NCBI GenBank assembly: GCA_963811165.1
Contig: CAWEQH010000004.1
Coordinates: 608,001 to 672,000, forward strand
Source: an uncultured Nitrospiraceae bacterium
Lineage (GTDB): Bacteria > Nitrospirota > Thermodesulfovibrionia > Thermodesulfovibrionales > UBA6898
Length of the DNA stretch: 64,000 nucleotides
Direction: 5' to 3'
Of this stretch, positions 1 through 9,088 are shown in pieces. The notes beneath the pieces were generated by a model. It made no database searches, was not told the origin of the DNA, and was given only the letters and a program-made list of their open reading frames with translations. Position numbers and translations under genes: made by a program. Within the stretch, counting starts at the first letter, position 1, and every line of letters begins with the position of its first letter.

Positions 1-117
1 AAGAAGGCCCGGGCCGATTATGTGATCGACAACAGCAGGTCGAAGGAGGAGACGAGAAAGCAGGTGGAGGAGGTGTACCACTCTCTTTGCGAGGGGATAG
101 CGAAGCGGAAGCGCTGA
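1..117 (+). CDS. coaE: Dephospho-CoA kinase, C-terminal fragment (runs off window start)
   Basis: Frame 1 reads KKARADYVIDNSRSKEETRKQVEEVY...*; ADYVIDN is the typical CoaE C-terminal motif. Confidence 0.75.
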   Translation, partial: KKARADYVIDNSRSKEETRKQVEEVYHSLCEGIAKRKR

Positions 118-128
118 CACAAGATGGA

Positions 129-2048
129 TTAGGCCGGGTCCACGTCTATTACGATCCTTATCCCCTTTGCCTTTTCGTGCCGGCCCAGGACAGCCCGTGC
201 CGCCTCGTTCAGGGGTTTTCGGCTTCCGGACTTGAGAAAGATGGAGAATTCATCTCCCCCTTTTTTGTTTTTAGAGACGACCGGGCCGAGAACTTCAATG
301 CCTTTCCCGACGTCTCTGATTGTTCCGACGAGCGCGTCCGCCACGCGGCTGCTTCCCGAGACGGTGATTTTTACGAGTTTGGAATAGGGAGGATACGCAA
401 GCTCCTTTCTGGCCGCCAGTTCGTCTTTTACGAAGGCGTCGTAATCGCCTTTTTTCAAGTGGCGGAGGAGGCTGTTCTGCGGAAGCCTTGTCTGGACCAT
501 CACGTCACCCCCCGGTTCGGCGAGATCGATCACGGCCGCCAGCTCGCGATACGCCTTTTCAGAGGCCCTGAAATCCGGGAAATTCAGATAGGCATCCGTA
601 TTCATGACAGCGGCCAGAGAGAACTTTTCGGAGGGCCCGATCCGTTTCGTCATCATCTTTGTGCCGATGACCACATTTGCCGAATCGCCGGAGAGACTTC
701 TCAAGAGTTCCCTGACCTCGGACCGCTTCGTCACCCCGTCGCTGTCGAACCTGAGTGTGCCTACACCGAAGAGTTCTTCGATCTCCTCCTGTATCCTCTG
801 TGTGCCGGAGCCCAGAAGCTCCAGATGAAGGCCCCCGCATCTTCCGCATCTCTCCGGTATGGCGCGGACCTTGCCGCAATAGTGGCACTTCAGGTTTTTT
901 TCATCCTTGTGCATGACCATGGGTATGTCACAGTGGTCGCACCTTTCCTCATGGCCGCAGTCGGCGCAAAGCAGAAGGGTGGAATAGCCCCGCCTGTTCG
1001 TCACGAACATTATTTTTTTCTTTGCCTTGAGCTTGTTCCTTGCCGCATCGAAGACCTCTTTAGAGATACCGGGCCTTATCTTCTTGGCGTATCGCATATC
1101 TATTATCGTTATCCGCGGGCGCCTCTCCTTCGCGGCCGGCTTCAGCAAAATATATTTCTGCCTCATCGCGTTGAAGGAAGATTCGATGGAGGGCGTGACC
1201 GAGGAGAGCAGCACGGTGGATTTTTCCAAGAAACCCCGCATGACGGCCACATCCCGGATATTATATCTGATCCCTTCTTCGAGCTTGTAGGAGCCGTTGT
1301 CTTCCCTAAGGACAGCGATCAAAGAGACGGTCTTCATCGGTGCAAAGAGGGCGGCTCTCGTCCCTATGACGATATCATGCCTGCCGGAGATGATCCCCTC
1401 CAGAGACTCTGAGCGACTTCCCCGTGAGATTTCCCCATGTAAGAGACAGACCCTCTCTTGCAGGGACTCCGATACCGTCGAATAGAAAGTCTCCGCATGG
1501 GAGACCTCCGGAAAAATCACGATCACATTGCGCAAAGCGGAGTGCAGGAGTGCGCAGATAAAGGAGTATTCATAGTTTGTCGATGGTGTGCGGAGGAGGT
1601 AAGTGCGGTACCGTCTGTCCGCGGCGGATTCTATTATCCGTAAGGTCTCTTCGCCGGGGACGTCCAGGAGATTGAACCGGGAATTTTCCGGCTTACTCTT
1701 CGTCTTTCTTTTCTTGGTGCGCGTGAATAACTCCTTCGGGCACATCTGCTGGAGTATGGTCCCTTCGGAAGCGATATAGTAGTCCGACATCCAGCGAAGA
1801 AGCTTCAGCATGCCTTTTCCAAGGACCGGAAAATCGCCGGCAGCCGATGAGAGTTCTTTTATCGGTCCTTCGGGCGGGGACACGGGGATGTCTAGGACAA
1901 CGCCCTTTGCCGTCCTGTTTCTAAGCGGCGCCGAGACGATCATCCCCGGCCTGAGCAGGCCTGCCAGATGCTCGGGACATTTGTAAGTCAGGGGCCGTAG
2001 GTTGACCGGAAATACGATATCGACATAGTGCACAGATGATTTTATCAT
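129..2048 (-). CDS. priA: Primosomal protein N' (PriA), helicase motifs degenerate
   Basis: N-terminal 3'-binding domain (YVDIVFP...LTY), NRRGYS, four CxxC pairs (CADC, CDHC, CHYC, CGRC), LNFPDFRASE, YPPYS. Confidence 0.92.
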   Translation of the reverse strand: MIKSSVHYVDIVFPVNLRPLTYKCPEHLAGLLRPGMIVSAPLRNRTAKGVVLDIPVSPPEGPIKELSSAAGDFPVLGKGMLKLLRWMSDYYIASEGTILQQMCPKELFTRTKKRKTKSKPENSRFNLLDVPGEETLRIIESAADRRYRTYLLRTPSTNYEYSFICALLHSALRNVIVIFPEVSHAETFYSTVSESLQERVCLLHGEISRGSRSESLEGIISGRHDIVIGTRAALFAPMKTVSLIAVLREDNGSYKLEEGIRYNIRDVAVMRGFLEKSTVLLSSVTPSIESSFNAMRQKYILLKPAAKERRPRITIIDMRYAKKIRPGISKEVFDAARNKLKAKKKIMFVTNRRGYSTLLLCADCGHEERCDHCDIPMVMHKDEKNLKCHYCGKVRAIPERCGRCGGLHLELLGSGTQRIQEEIEELFGVGTLRFDSDGVTKRSEVRELLRSLSGDSANVVIGTKMMTKRIGPSEKFSLAAVMNTDAYLNFPDFRASEKAYRELAAVIDLAEPGGDVMVQTRLPQNSLLRHLKKGDYDAFVKDELAARKELAYPPYSKLVKITVSGSSRVADALVGTIRDVGKGIEVLGPVVSKNKKGGDEFSIFLKSGSRKPLNEAARAVLGRHEKAKGIRIVIDVDPA

Positions 2049-2077
2049 ACGCGAAAGTTTGCTACACGGTAAAGATG

Positions 2078-4660
2078 TCAGGACAATATCTTTTTTTCTT
2101 TATTGATGATCTTGAACCCTTCAAACCATAGTACGCTCACCGCACCGGCGGCGAGACAGACAAGGAGGTCGAAGGCGTGCAGGGTGCTAAAGCGAAAGAG
2201 ATCCCGCAGGAAAGGTACGTACACCGCCAGCGCCAGAAAAAAAAGCGCGCCCGTCAGGACATACCAGAAGGCCGTGTTTGGTGTGCGCACCGACTGAAGT
2301 ATCGACCGCGTCCAGGACCTGTTCGTTGCGATCAGACCGAGGTTTGCGATGATGAGCGTGGTAAAGCTCAGGGCCCTGGCTTCGTATTCCCCGCGTCCGC
2401 TATGCATGGAAATAAGAAAGACGGCAAGGACTACGAAGAGCACGCCTATGCCCTGAAGGAGGCTGAAGGATATCGTGCGCCTGTTGAACACAGGGTCGGC
2501 GAGATTGCGCGGCGGACGTCTCATCACATCCGCCTCTTCGGGCTCTGCCTCAAACACTATGGAGCAGGCAGGATCGATGATCAGCTCCAAAAATACTATA
2601 TGCACGGGAAGAAGGACGAGCGGCCAGTTGAACACAACCGGGAGCAACGACATGCCGGCGATAGGCACATGGATCGCCAGGATATAGGCCATCGCTTTTT
2701 TGATGTTATCGAAGATCCTTCTGCCCATCCTTACCGCCTGAACGATTGATGAGAAGTCGTCGTCGAGGAGCACTATGGCCGAGGCCTCACGGGCGACATC
2801 GGTCCCCCTGCCGCCCATGGCGATGCCGATATGGGCCGATTTGAGCGCCGACGCGTCATTTACCCCGTCGCCCGTCATTGCCACCACTTCCCCTATGGCC
2901 TTAAGCGCATTGACCAGGCGGAGTTTTTGTTCGGGGAGGACCCTTGCGAAGATGTTCACCGTTGCGACCCCTTTCCGGAGCGCGGCGTCATCCATCCTGC
3001 CGAGTTCATGCCCTGTGATTACATTCTCCGGTTGCCTCAACCCTATCTGTTTCCCTATGTTCTGTGCGGTGACCGGATAATCCCCGGTGATCATTACGAC
3101 ACGTATGCCCGCATCGTAGCATTCATGTATCGCCTCTGCGACCCCCGGCCGCACAGGGTCGGCAAGTCCGATCAGTCCGAGGAAGTCGAACCTGAAATCG
3201 TGTTGTCCGCCGGGCAGTCGAGGCTGCGGGAATTCTGATTTGGCGACCCCCAGGACCCTCAGGCCCTGGGCCGCCATTGAGTTTATTTTTTCAGAAAGTC
3301 TTCCGATCTCTTCTTCTCCCAGATGGCAGATATCGAGGACCGCCTCGGGCGCGCCCTTTGCAGCGATCACGTAGCTCTTGCTGTCAGGCGACTTCCAGAC
3401 CCGGGACATCGCCAGCAGGTCCTTTGAAAGAGGATATTCCTGTACAAGCGACCAGTCGTTATGCAAGTGCTCTGTGTTTGAGAGGGTTTTTTTGCCCAGT
3501 TCCCTGACGGCCTTTTCCATCGGATCAAACGGGTCCACCTGGCTTGCGAGTATACTGAATTCGATGATCTCGTGTATGTCGTCCGGCAGCGCATCCGGCG
3601 CCCCGTCTATGTCATAGAATTTTCCGCAGACATAGAGCTTTCGCACCGACATCTGGTTAAGTGTCAGGGTCCCGGTCTTATCCACGCAAAGGACGCTGGC
3701 CGATCCGAGGGTCTCCACGGCAGGCACCCTCCTTGTGAGGACGCGCTTTCTTGAAATTCTCCATGCGCCCAAGGCGAGGAAGATCGTCAGCACCACAGGG
3801 AATTCTTCGGGAAGCATGGCCATCGCAAGGGTGATGCCGGCCAGCAGCCCGTTGAGCCAGTTATGCCTGGTCAGTCCGTAGACGATCACGACCAGCGCGC
3901 ATAGCGATAAGCCTAACAGGGCGAGCCTGCGCACCAGGGTGGCGGTCTCGCGCTGAAGCATGGTCTCTTCCGGTTCTATCGATTCCAATGCCTTCCCGAT
4001 CTTGCCCAGTTCGGTATTCGGGCCGGTCGCGGCGACCTCGGCGATCCCCACGCCCTGGACCGCAAGCGTACCGGAATAAAGACAGGGCAGGTCGTCACCT
4101 CCCGGCCGGCACATCTCTGCCGGTCCAGCCGTACGGGTCTTTCGGACCGGGACCGACTCGCCGGTGAGCAGTGATTCATCGACTGAAAGGTTTACCGAAG
4201 AGATCAATACCGCATCGGCAGGTACCCTGTCCCCTTCGGATACGATAATGATATCGCTCCGCACGACCTCGCGGCCGGAGATCCTCTTCTGAACACCGTC
4301 TCTGATAACCAATGCCCGGGGGCTCGACAGGTCCCTCAGTGCCTCAAGGGCCCTCTCCGTCTTTCGTTCCTGATAGAGCGTGATCCCCATGACCACGAAG
4401 ACAAAGCCCAGCAGCATCGCGGCCTCCTGCACATCTCCAAGCAGCAAATATATCCCGCCGCCGCCCAAAAGAAGAAGGAACATAGGCTCTCTGACTACTT
4501 CATAGGCGATCTCAAAGAAGCTGCGTCTTTTGGTTGAGGGGAGTTCGTTGTACCCCTCCCCCTTAAGCCTCTCTGCAGCCTCTGATTCAGAGAGACCCTG
4601 GATATTTCCGGCGTCGATGGCCGATTCCGACAGTGTATTCATTTTCCCCCGACTCTCCAT
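2078..4660 (-). CDS. Cation-transporting P-type ATPase (P2-type)
   Basis: LTGES, PEEFP, DKTGT phosphorylation site, KGAPE, MITGD, TGDGVND motifs and multiple TM segments. Confidence 0.95.
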   Translation of the reverse strand: MESRGKMNTLSESAIDAGNIQGLSESEAAERLKGEGYNELPSTKRRSFFEIAYEVVREPMFLLLLGGGGIYLLLGDVQEAAMLLGFVFVVMGITLYQERKTERALEALRDLSSPRALVIRDGVQKRISGREVVRSDIIIVSEGDRVPADAVLISSVNLSVDESLLTGESVPVRKTRTAGPAEMCRPGGDDLPCLYSGTLAVQGVGIAEVAATGPNTELGKIGKALESIEPEETMLQRETATLVRRLALLGLSLCALVVIVYGLTRHNWLNGLLAGITLAMAMLPEEFPVVLTIFLALGAWRISRKRVLTRRVPAVETLGSASVLCVDKTGTLTLNQMSVRKLYVCGKFYDIDGAPDALPDDIHEIIEFSILASQVDPFDPMEKAVRELGKKTLSNTEHLHNDWSLVQEYPLSKDLLAMSRVWKSPDSKSYVIAAKGAPEAVLDICHLGEEEIGRLSEKINSMAAQGLRVLGVAKSEFPQPRLPGGQHDFRFDFLGLIGLADPVRPGVAEAIHECYDAGIRVVMITGDYPVTAQNIGKQIGLRQPENVITGHELGRMDDAALRKGVATVNIFARVLPEQKLRLVNALKAIGEVVAMTGDGVNDASALKSAHIGIAMGGRGTDVAREASAIVLLDDDFSSIVQAVRMGRRIFDNIKKAMAYILAIHVPIAGMSLLPVVFNWPLVLLPVHIVFLELIIDPACSIVFEAEPEEADVMRRPPRNLADPVFNRRTISFSLLQGIGVLFVVLAVFLISMHSGRGEYEARALSFTTLIIANLGLIATNRSWTRSILQSVRTPNTAFWYVLTGALFFLALAVYVPFLRDLFRFSTLHAFDLLVCLAAGAVSVLWFEGFKIINKEKKILS

Positions 4661-5126
4661 GATGAAAGAATATGAAAAAAAGATAGGGTATTATACTACA
4701 CAAGGCGCGGGTGCAGAAAAAAGGGAAAGGGGGGTAGTGTCTCCCATTAGGACACGGCAAGCCGCGGACGTTCTTCTGAAAGACGGCAGGAAAAAGATGT
4801 CAGAGACCCTTAATGTAAGAGAGGAGTGATGCGCTGAAAGATTAATGGCGGCAGGATGACGTTTCCGGACTTTATCTACAGGTTCAACGAAAAAATCAGC
4901 CAGTAGCAAAGACGGCCTGTCCGCCATTGCCGCGCGCCATCACGTGATATACAGCCCCTATATAATGCAGCCTCGGTTTTCGTGCCATACCGACAAAACT
5001 TTATCACAAAGTCGCTTCAAATACAAACATACAAAGCCTAATGGGTGACCCCGCCACTGCGCGCGGAAAAAGGGGCTCTGCCCCTCATACCCCGGGCGCT
5101 TTTCATTAATGCGAATGAAAAGTGCC

Positions 5127-6188
5127 ACTGGATTCAATCTCGAAGTGCAACACTTGAAGAAGCGACTTCGATAGGTGTTTTATAGTCCAAGCATTTTCTG
5201 GGCCGATGGTTAATCAACGACTCAATAAGAATAATTTGCTCTACCGGAATTTTATTCAAATCAGTCCCTTTTGGTAAATACCATCTAACTAGCCCATTGA
5301 TATTTTCATTTGTTCCTCGTTCCCAAAACGAATAGGGATGAGCAAAGAAACATTTAACATTGATAGACGCTGTAATCTTTTCGTGCCCGGCGTTTTCAGT
5401 TCCATTATCCAATGTGAGCGTTTTTCTGGCATGCTGAGGAAAACTCCCAAGTCTTTTGACAATAGCATTACAAACAAGATCAGCTGTTCTTCTTTTTAAT
5501 TTTGTAAGCATTAGCAGCCGACTCTTTCTCTCAACTAGACAACTTAGGGACCCGGTGCTTTTGTTTGAGACGATTGTGTCACCTTCCCAATGTCCAAATT
5601 GACATCGCGTCTCTACATCAGCAGGTCTTTCCTCGATCGAAATACGATTTATAATCTTGGGCTTACGGCATCTTCTCCCCATGCTTTTTTCCCATCGCTC
5701 CGGGTGCTTACGCCGCAGATACACGGTAAACTCCTTACATCTTTTTCTTCCGAGGCTGTAGATATATTGATAGATCGCTTCATGACTGATGGACAGTCCA
5801 GGGCAGTCGATCCGTATTCGTCCAGAGATCTGCTCCGGAGACCATCCCTCCTTCAGCTTCGAGCGAACGTATGAGACCGTCGCCTCGTTCTTTAGTCGGG
5901 AACGGCTGTGCGCCCTCAAACTCCGCCGATCTGCTTTGATGTGAACCCATGGCATCGTATAGTAATTAACTTTAGGAGAAGAATTCCGTTTGATCTCACG
6001 AGAAATCGTGCTTTTGTTACGGCGAAGTGCCGTAGCTACTTCACTAAGATTTTTCCCATCCTTCAACATAATGCTGATTGCCACTCTCTCATCCCTGCTT
6101 AGATGCTGATATCTTTTTTCCATAGCAACTTAGGATAGCAGTTCCCTTTCTGCTCTCCAAAATGTTGCACTTCGAGATTGAATTCAGT
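5127..6188 (-). mobile_element. IS30-family insertion sequence
   Basis: 26-bp terminal IRs with one mismatch (ACTGGATTCAATCTCGAAGTGCAACA 5127-5152; inverted copy 6163-6188), flanked by a 3-bp direct repeat GCC (5124-5126 and 6189-6191). Confidence 0.92.
5134..6123 (-). CDS. IS30-family transposase
   Basis: N-terminal HTH (HLSRDER...STISREIKRN), WSPEQISGR, GHWEGDT, TLDNGTE, WERGTNENINGLVR DDE motifs. Confidence 0.96.
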   Translation of the reverse strand: MEKRYQHLSRDERVAISIMLKDGKNLSEVATALRRNKSTISREIKRNSSPKVNYYTMPWVHIKADRRSLRAHSRSRLKNEATVSYVRSKLKEGWSPEQISGRIRIDCPGLSISHEAIYQYIYSLGRKRCKEFTVYLRRKHPERWEKSMGRRCRKPKIINRISIEERPADVETRCQFGHWEGDTIVSNKSTGSLSCLVERKSRLLMLTKLKRRTADLVCNAIVKRLGSFPQHARKTLTLDNGTENAGHEKITASINVKCFFAHPYSFWERGTNENINGLVRWYLPKGTDLNKIPVEQIILIESLINHRPRKCLDYKTPIEVASSSVALRD

Positions 6189-6598
6189 GCCCAAAAGAGC
6201 TCACCCCAGGGAAAATCCTTTTTCGCTTTGCTCGGTCGGTCCGGCTAAATTGTTGAAACTCGCCCGCAGCGGGCTCAAACAGTCTACAATTTTTTACGCC
6301 GGCCCTCGGTCGCAAATCGGGATTTTCCAAAGGGGCCCCGTAAGACTCTAAAAACATACTACAGTTTCTGGTATTAGGGCCGTTCCCTTCGAAAATTTAG
6401 GCGAGCATGGGCGCCCGCAGGGTTAAGCATTTTCCCATGTTTGAGCACCGATGTTGGGGGCGAGTTGGAAAATGTACCGAGGACGACCAGCGCAGCCGTT
6501 AATAATTTTCGCCGGGGCGCCGTTCTTTACGTTAGCTTTCTTGGAGCGAGCAAGAAAGGTAGCTGGGGTGCGGGGCAAAGCCCCGAGGACCGATCTTC

Positions 6599-7231
6599 TT
6601 AGCGGTGGATGAGACCCAGCGCGATGTTTGTTCCCATGCCCTGAACGTGTCCGAGCTGTATCATAAGCATCGCGAGGGGTTCCAGATAACGCGCGCTTTT
6701 GAGGGGCCCCGCGTCTATCGGCTCAAAGCCGGTTTCTCTGATCAGCCGTGAGACAGTCGTCTTTGCGCCCTCGTCATCACCGCAGTAAAACATCGACGGC
6801 ATGCGTGAGCCGTAGAGCCTTGTTTCGGAGTGGTATACCTCGGCAAAGGCCGTGTTAAACGCCTTGACGACCCGGCAGCCGGGCACGAGACCTGCGATCT
6901 CTTCGGCCGCAGAAGTCGTCAGCCCGACGGAGAGACCGCTTAAGTCCGGTTTTACGGGGTTGGTGCAGTCGATGATGATCTTGTCCTTTATCGGGCCCGC
7001 CGCAGCCAGGGCCTCCCTGATCATCCCGTATCCTACGGAAAGGAGTATGATGTCGCCCGACGATACCGCCTCGGAAGGGGACCCGGCCTTTGTATTAGGA
7101 ATGGATCTTGCGAGGGCATCCAGTTTTTTTTGATCGCGGGAAAAACTGAAGAGGACACGATGGCCTCTCGCCGCCCACAACTTTCCAAGGCCGCTCCCCA
7201 TTTTTCCCGATCCTATTATTCCGATATTCAT
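6599..7231 (-). CDS. NADPH-dependent F420 reductase family oxidoreductase
   Basis: GIIGSGKMG Rossmann motif, IDCTNP, VVKAFNT, DAGPL; start moved to ATG 7231. Confidence 0.85.
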   Translation of the reverse strand: MNIGIIGSGKMGSGLGKLWAARGHRVLFSFSRDQKKLDALARSIPNTKAGSPSEAVSSGDIILLSVGYGMIREALAAAGPIKDKIIIDCTNPVKPDLSGLSVGLTTSAAEEIAGLVPGCRVVKAFNTAFAEVYHSETRLYGSRMPSMFYCGDDEGAKTTVSRLIRETGFEPIDAGPLKSARYLEPLAMLMIQLGHVQGMGTNIALGLIHR

Positions 7232-7332
7232 AAATTTCTGTATTTTCCCTGCTTCTCCTCTCCAAATCTTATGGCATAAAGGTACTTTTATCAAGTCCTC
7301 CGGAAATGGTCAGCGAGAATGCATCTTTTCCC

Positions 7333-7391
7333 CATTCCCGGGGCAGTAATCGGGAATCCATCGACTTCAAAAGAAGGCTCCGGATTCCCGC
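7333..7391. repeat. Degenerate CATTCCCG...CGGGAATCC...GGATTCCCG palindromic repeat
   Basis: Same motif family as the element at 22106-22184; lies downstream of the sorB-like gene. Confidence 0.45.
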
Positions 7392-7422
7392 TCTGCGAAT
7401 TGCTAGACCCTTAAGTACCTCT

Positions 7423-7740
7423 CTAGTTCCCGGCCCCATACTGGACGGCCAGGTAGCCTTCGATTACCTTTGCGTCTTCCTGAGGGATGGGTGCCCCCAT
7501 TACTTTTATCATTTTATCGACCTCGGCTGTCCACTGTGCCTTCGTGAATTTCGGTTGCATAGTGATGTAATCGAGGCTGTGGCAGATGCTGCAGAACCTC
7601 TCCGTAACATCCTTTCCTTCCCCAGCCTTCAGTTCGGTCGTGACCGAGGGCAGTTCAATCGAATGAACGGACCCCTTCGTTGCTGCATATGCGAACCCCG
7701 TAAGCGCAGAGAGTATGAGGAGAATGATGATATTTTTCAT
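7423..7740 (-). CDS. sorB: Monoheme cytochrome c, SorB-like subunit of sulfite:cytochrome c oxidoreductase
   Basis: Sec signal peptide, CSICH heme motif, SLDYITMQP and WTAEVDKMIKVMGAP; follows the Mo subunit. Confidence 0.8.
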   Translation of the reverse strand: MKNIIILLILSALTGFAYAATKGSVHSIELPSVTTELKAGEGKDVTERFCSICHSLDYITMQPKFTKAQWTAEVDKMIKVMGAPIPQEDAKVIEGYLAVQYGAGN

Positions 7741-7749
7741 GTCGGCCTC

Positions 7750-8942
7750 CTACTTTACGATGACTTCTGTTTTTTCGACTTTGTTTCTCAGAAACCCCGC
7801 CGGGTTCCAGAGGCCCTCGAAGGGCTGTGACCCGCCGATCATGTCGGTCGCCCGCGCCATAAGGACATATCTGCCGGGCTTTGTCGGACGCCAGGGATAG
7901 AACCACTGTCTCCACGAGTATTTCCCTTTGTCCTGGCCCAACCGTGCCTCTTCCCAACTCTTTCCGCCATCGACAGAAACGACAACGTCCTGTATGCCGT
8001 ATCCCCCGGAAAAGGCGATACCCATGACCTCAATCGGTTTGTTCAAAACGAGCTCGCCGTTTTCCGCTGGCTCGACGATCAGGGACCTTGTGGTCATTTT
8101 GTATATCGGCACCGTCTTTTTGGGCGCGGTCCCCGGCGCCACGCAGCCGCAGTCGTTGTCGGGGATCCTGTACGCGGACTTGACCCAGAACCCTTCGAAT
8201 GGTTTCGTAAGGACCGTAATGCTGCTCAATGACTTCACCCAGTAGGTGGCATACCAGCCCGGCACGATGAGTCTGGCAGGAAAGCCGTTTAACATCGGAA
8301 GAGGATTTCCGTTCATCTCATAGGCGATGATGATATCTTCTTCCATTGCCTTGTCGACAGGAAGGCTTTTCTAGAAAATCGGGCACTGTTGGGCAGCGGC
8401 GGCCCGTCGAACCCGTCGAAGGAGACGTCGACCGTGCCGGCCTTTACCCCGGCGGCATTGAGGACGTCCCTCAGCCGCACCCCCGTCCAGGTAACATTCC
8501 CCATCGCCCCGTTTTTCCACTGCCCGCCTGCAACGCGCGGCTCGAACAGACTCCTTCCGTTCCCTGAACACTGAATGACGGCGGTGTAGGAGACCCTTTC
8601 GAATTTTTTGAGGTCATCCATCGAGACCTGCAATTCTTTTTCGGTATTGCCTCCTACCTTGATCCTCCATGTATCCATGTCGACCGACGTAGGGACATTT
8701 GCTATGTGCCATCTGACAAAGAGCGCCTCATTCGGGGTAATCAACTCCTTGTAATAGCCGAGGGGTGTTTCTAACTGTGGAGGCCTCGAGGTAAGGAGGA
8801 TCAGGTCGGTTTTTTCAGGGAATTTGGCCATCCTCCTTTGCTGGGCGAAAAGCTCAGTCGGGAAATCCCCCACCGCGGCCATTGCAGTCACGGCCCCGGC
8901 CACTTTCAGAAAAGTCCTCCGCGTAAAATAATTTTCGATCAT
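7750..8942 (-). pseudogene. sorA: Sulfite oxidase-family molybdopterin subunit (SorA-like), frameshifted near 8360-8395, probably an assembly error
   Basis: Tat signal TRRTFLK, RPPQLETP, FVRWH, CSGNGR Mo-ligand Cys in ORF 8313-8942; NGFPARLIVPGWY and Mo-co dimer domain in ORF 7750-8346. Confidence 0.85.
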
Positions 8943-9088
8943 GGTCTTGCCCTCCTTTTAGTCCACTTATATCACAAAAAAGGGGAGGGCACAACCAATG
9001 AAGGAGAAGGCAGGCAGACATTCTTCTAAGCGGCAAGACGGGCGCAGGCCGTCATGCCGTTGTCGAAGACCCGGAAGGCCTCAAAATT

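Larger units (their letters stand above)
5072..6584. repeat. Two-armed structured non-coding (MITE/REPIN-like) element interrupted by IS30 (arms 5072-5126 and 6189-6584)
   Basis: Ends GGGGCTCTGCCCCTCATACCCC (5072-5093) and GGGGTGCGGGGCAAAGCCCC (6565-6584) are near-inverted copies; internal AACTCGC-hairpin-GCTCAAACA motif occurs at 6256-6281 (+) and 6438-6466 (-). Confidence 0.65.

Noticed and set aside
87..1412. 441-aa + strand ORF, and similar long antisense ORFs (10901-11794, 27570-28703, 37556-38248, 55247-55885)
   Set aside because: They are shadows of well-supported genes on the opposite strand and have no motifs
4691..4927. 78-aa ORF and an AAGGGGGGTAG stretch upstream of the P-type ATPase, suggestive of a yybP-ykoY riboswitch
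   Set aside because: The motif is on the wrong strand for the ATPase and the other conserved elements are absent; the ORF has no RBS or motif
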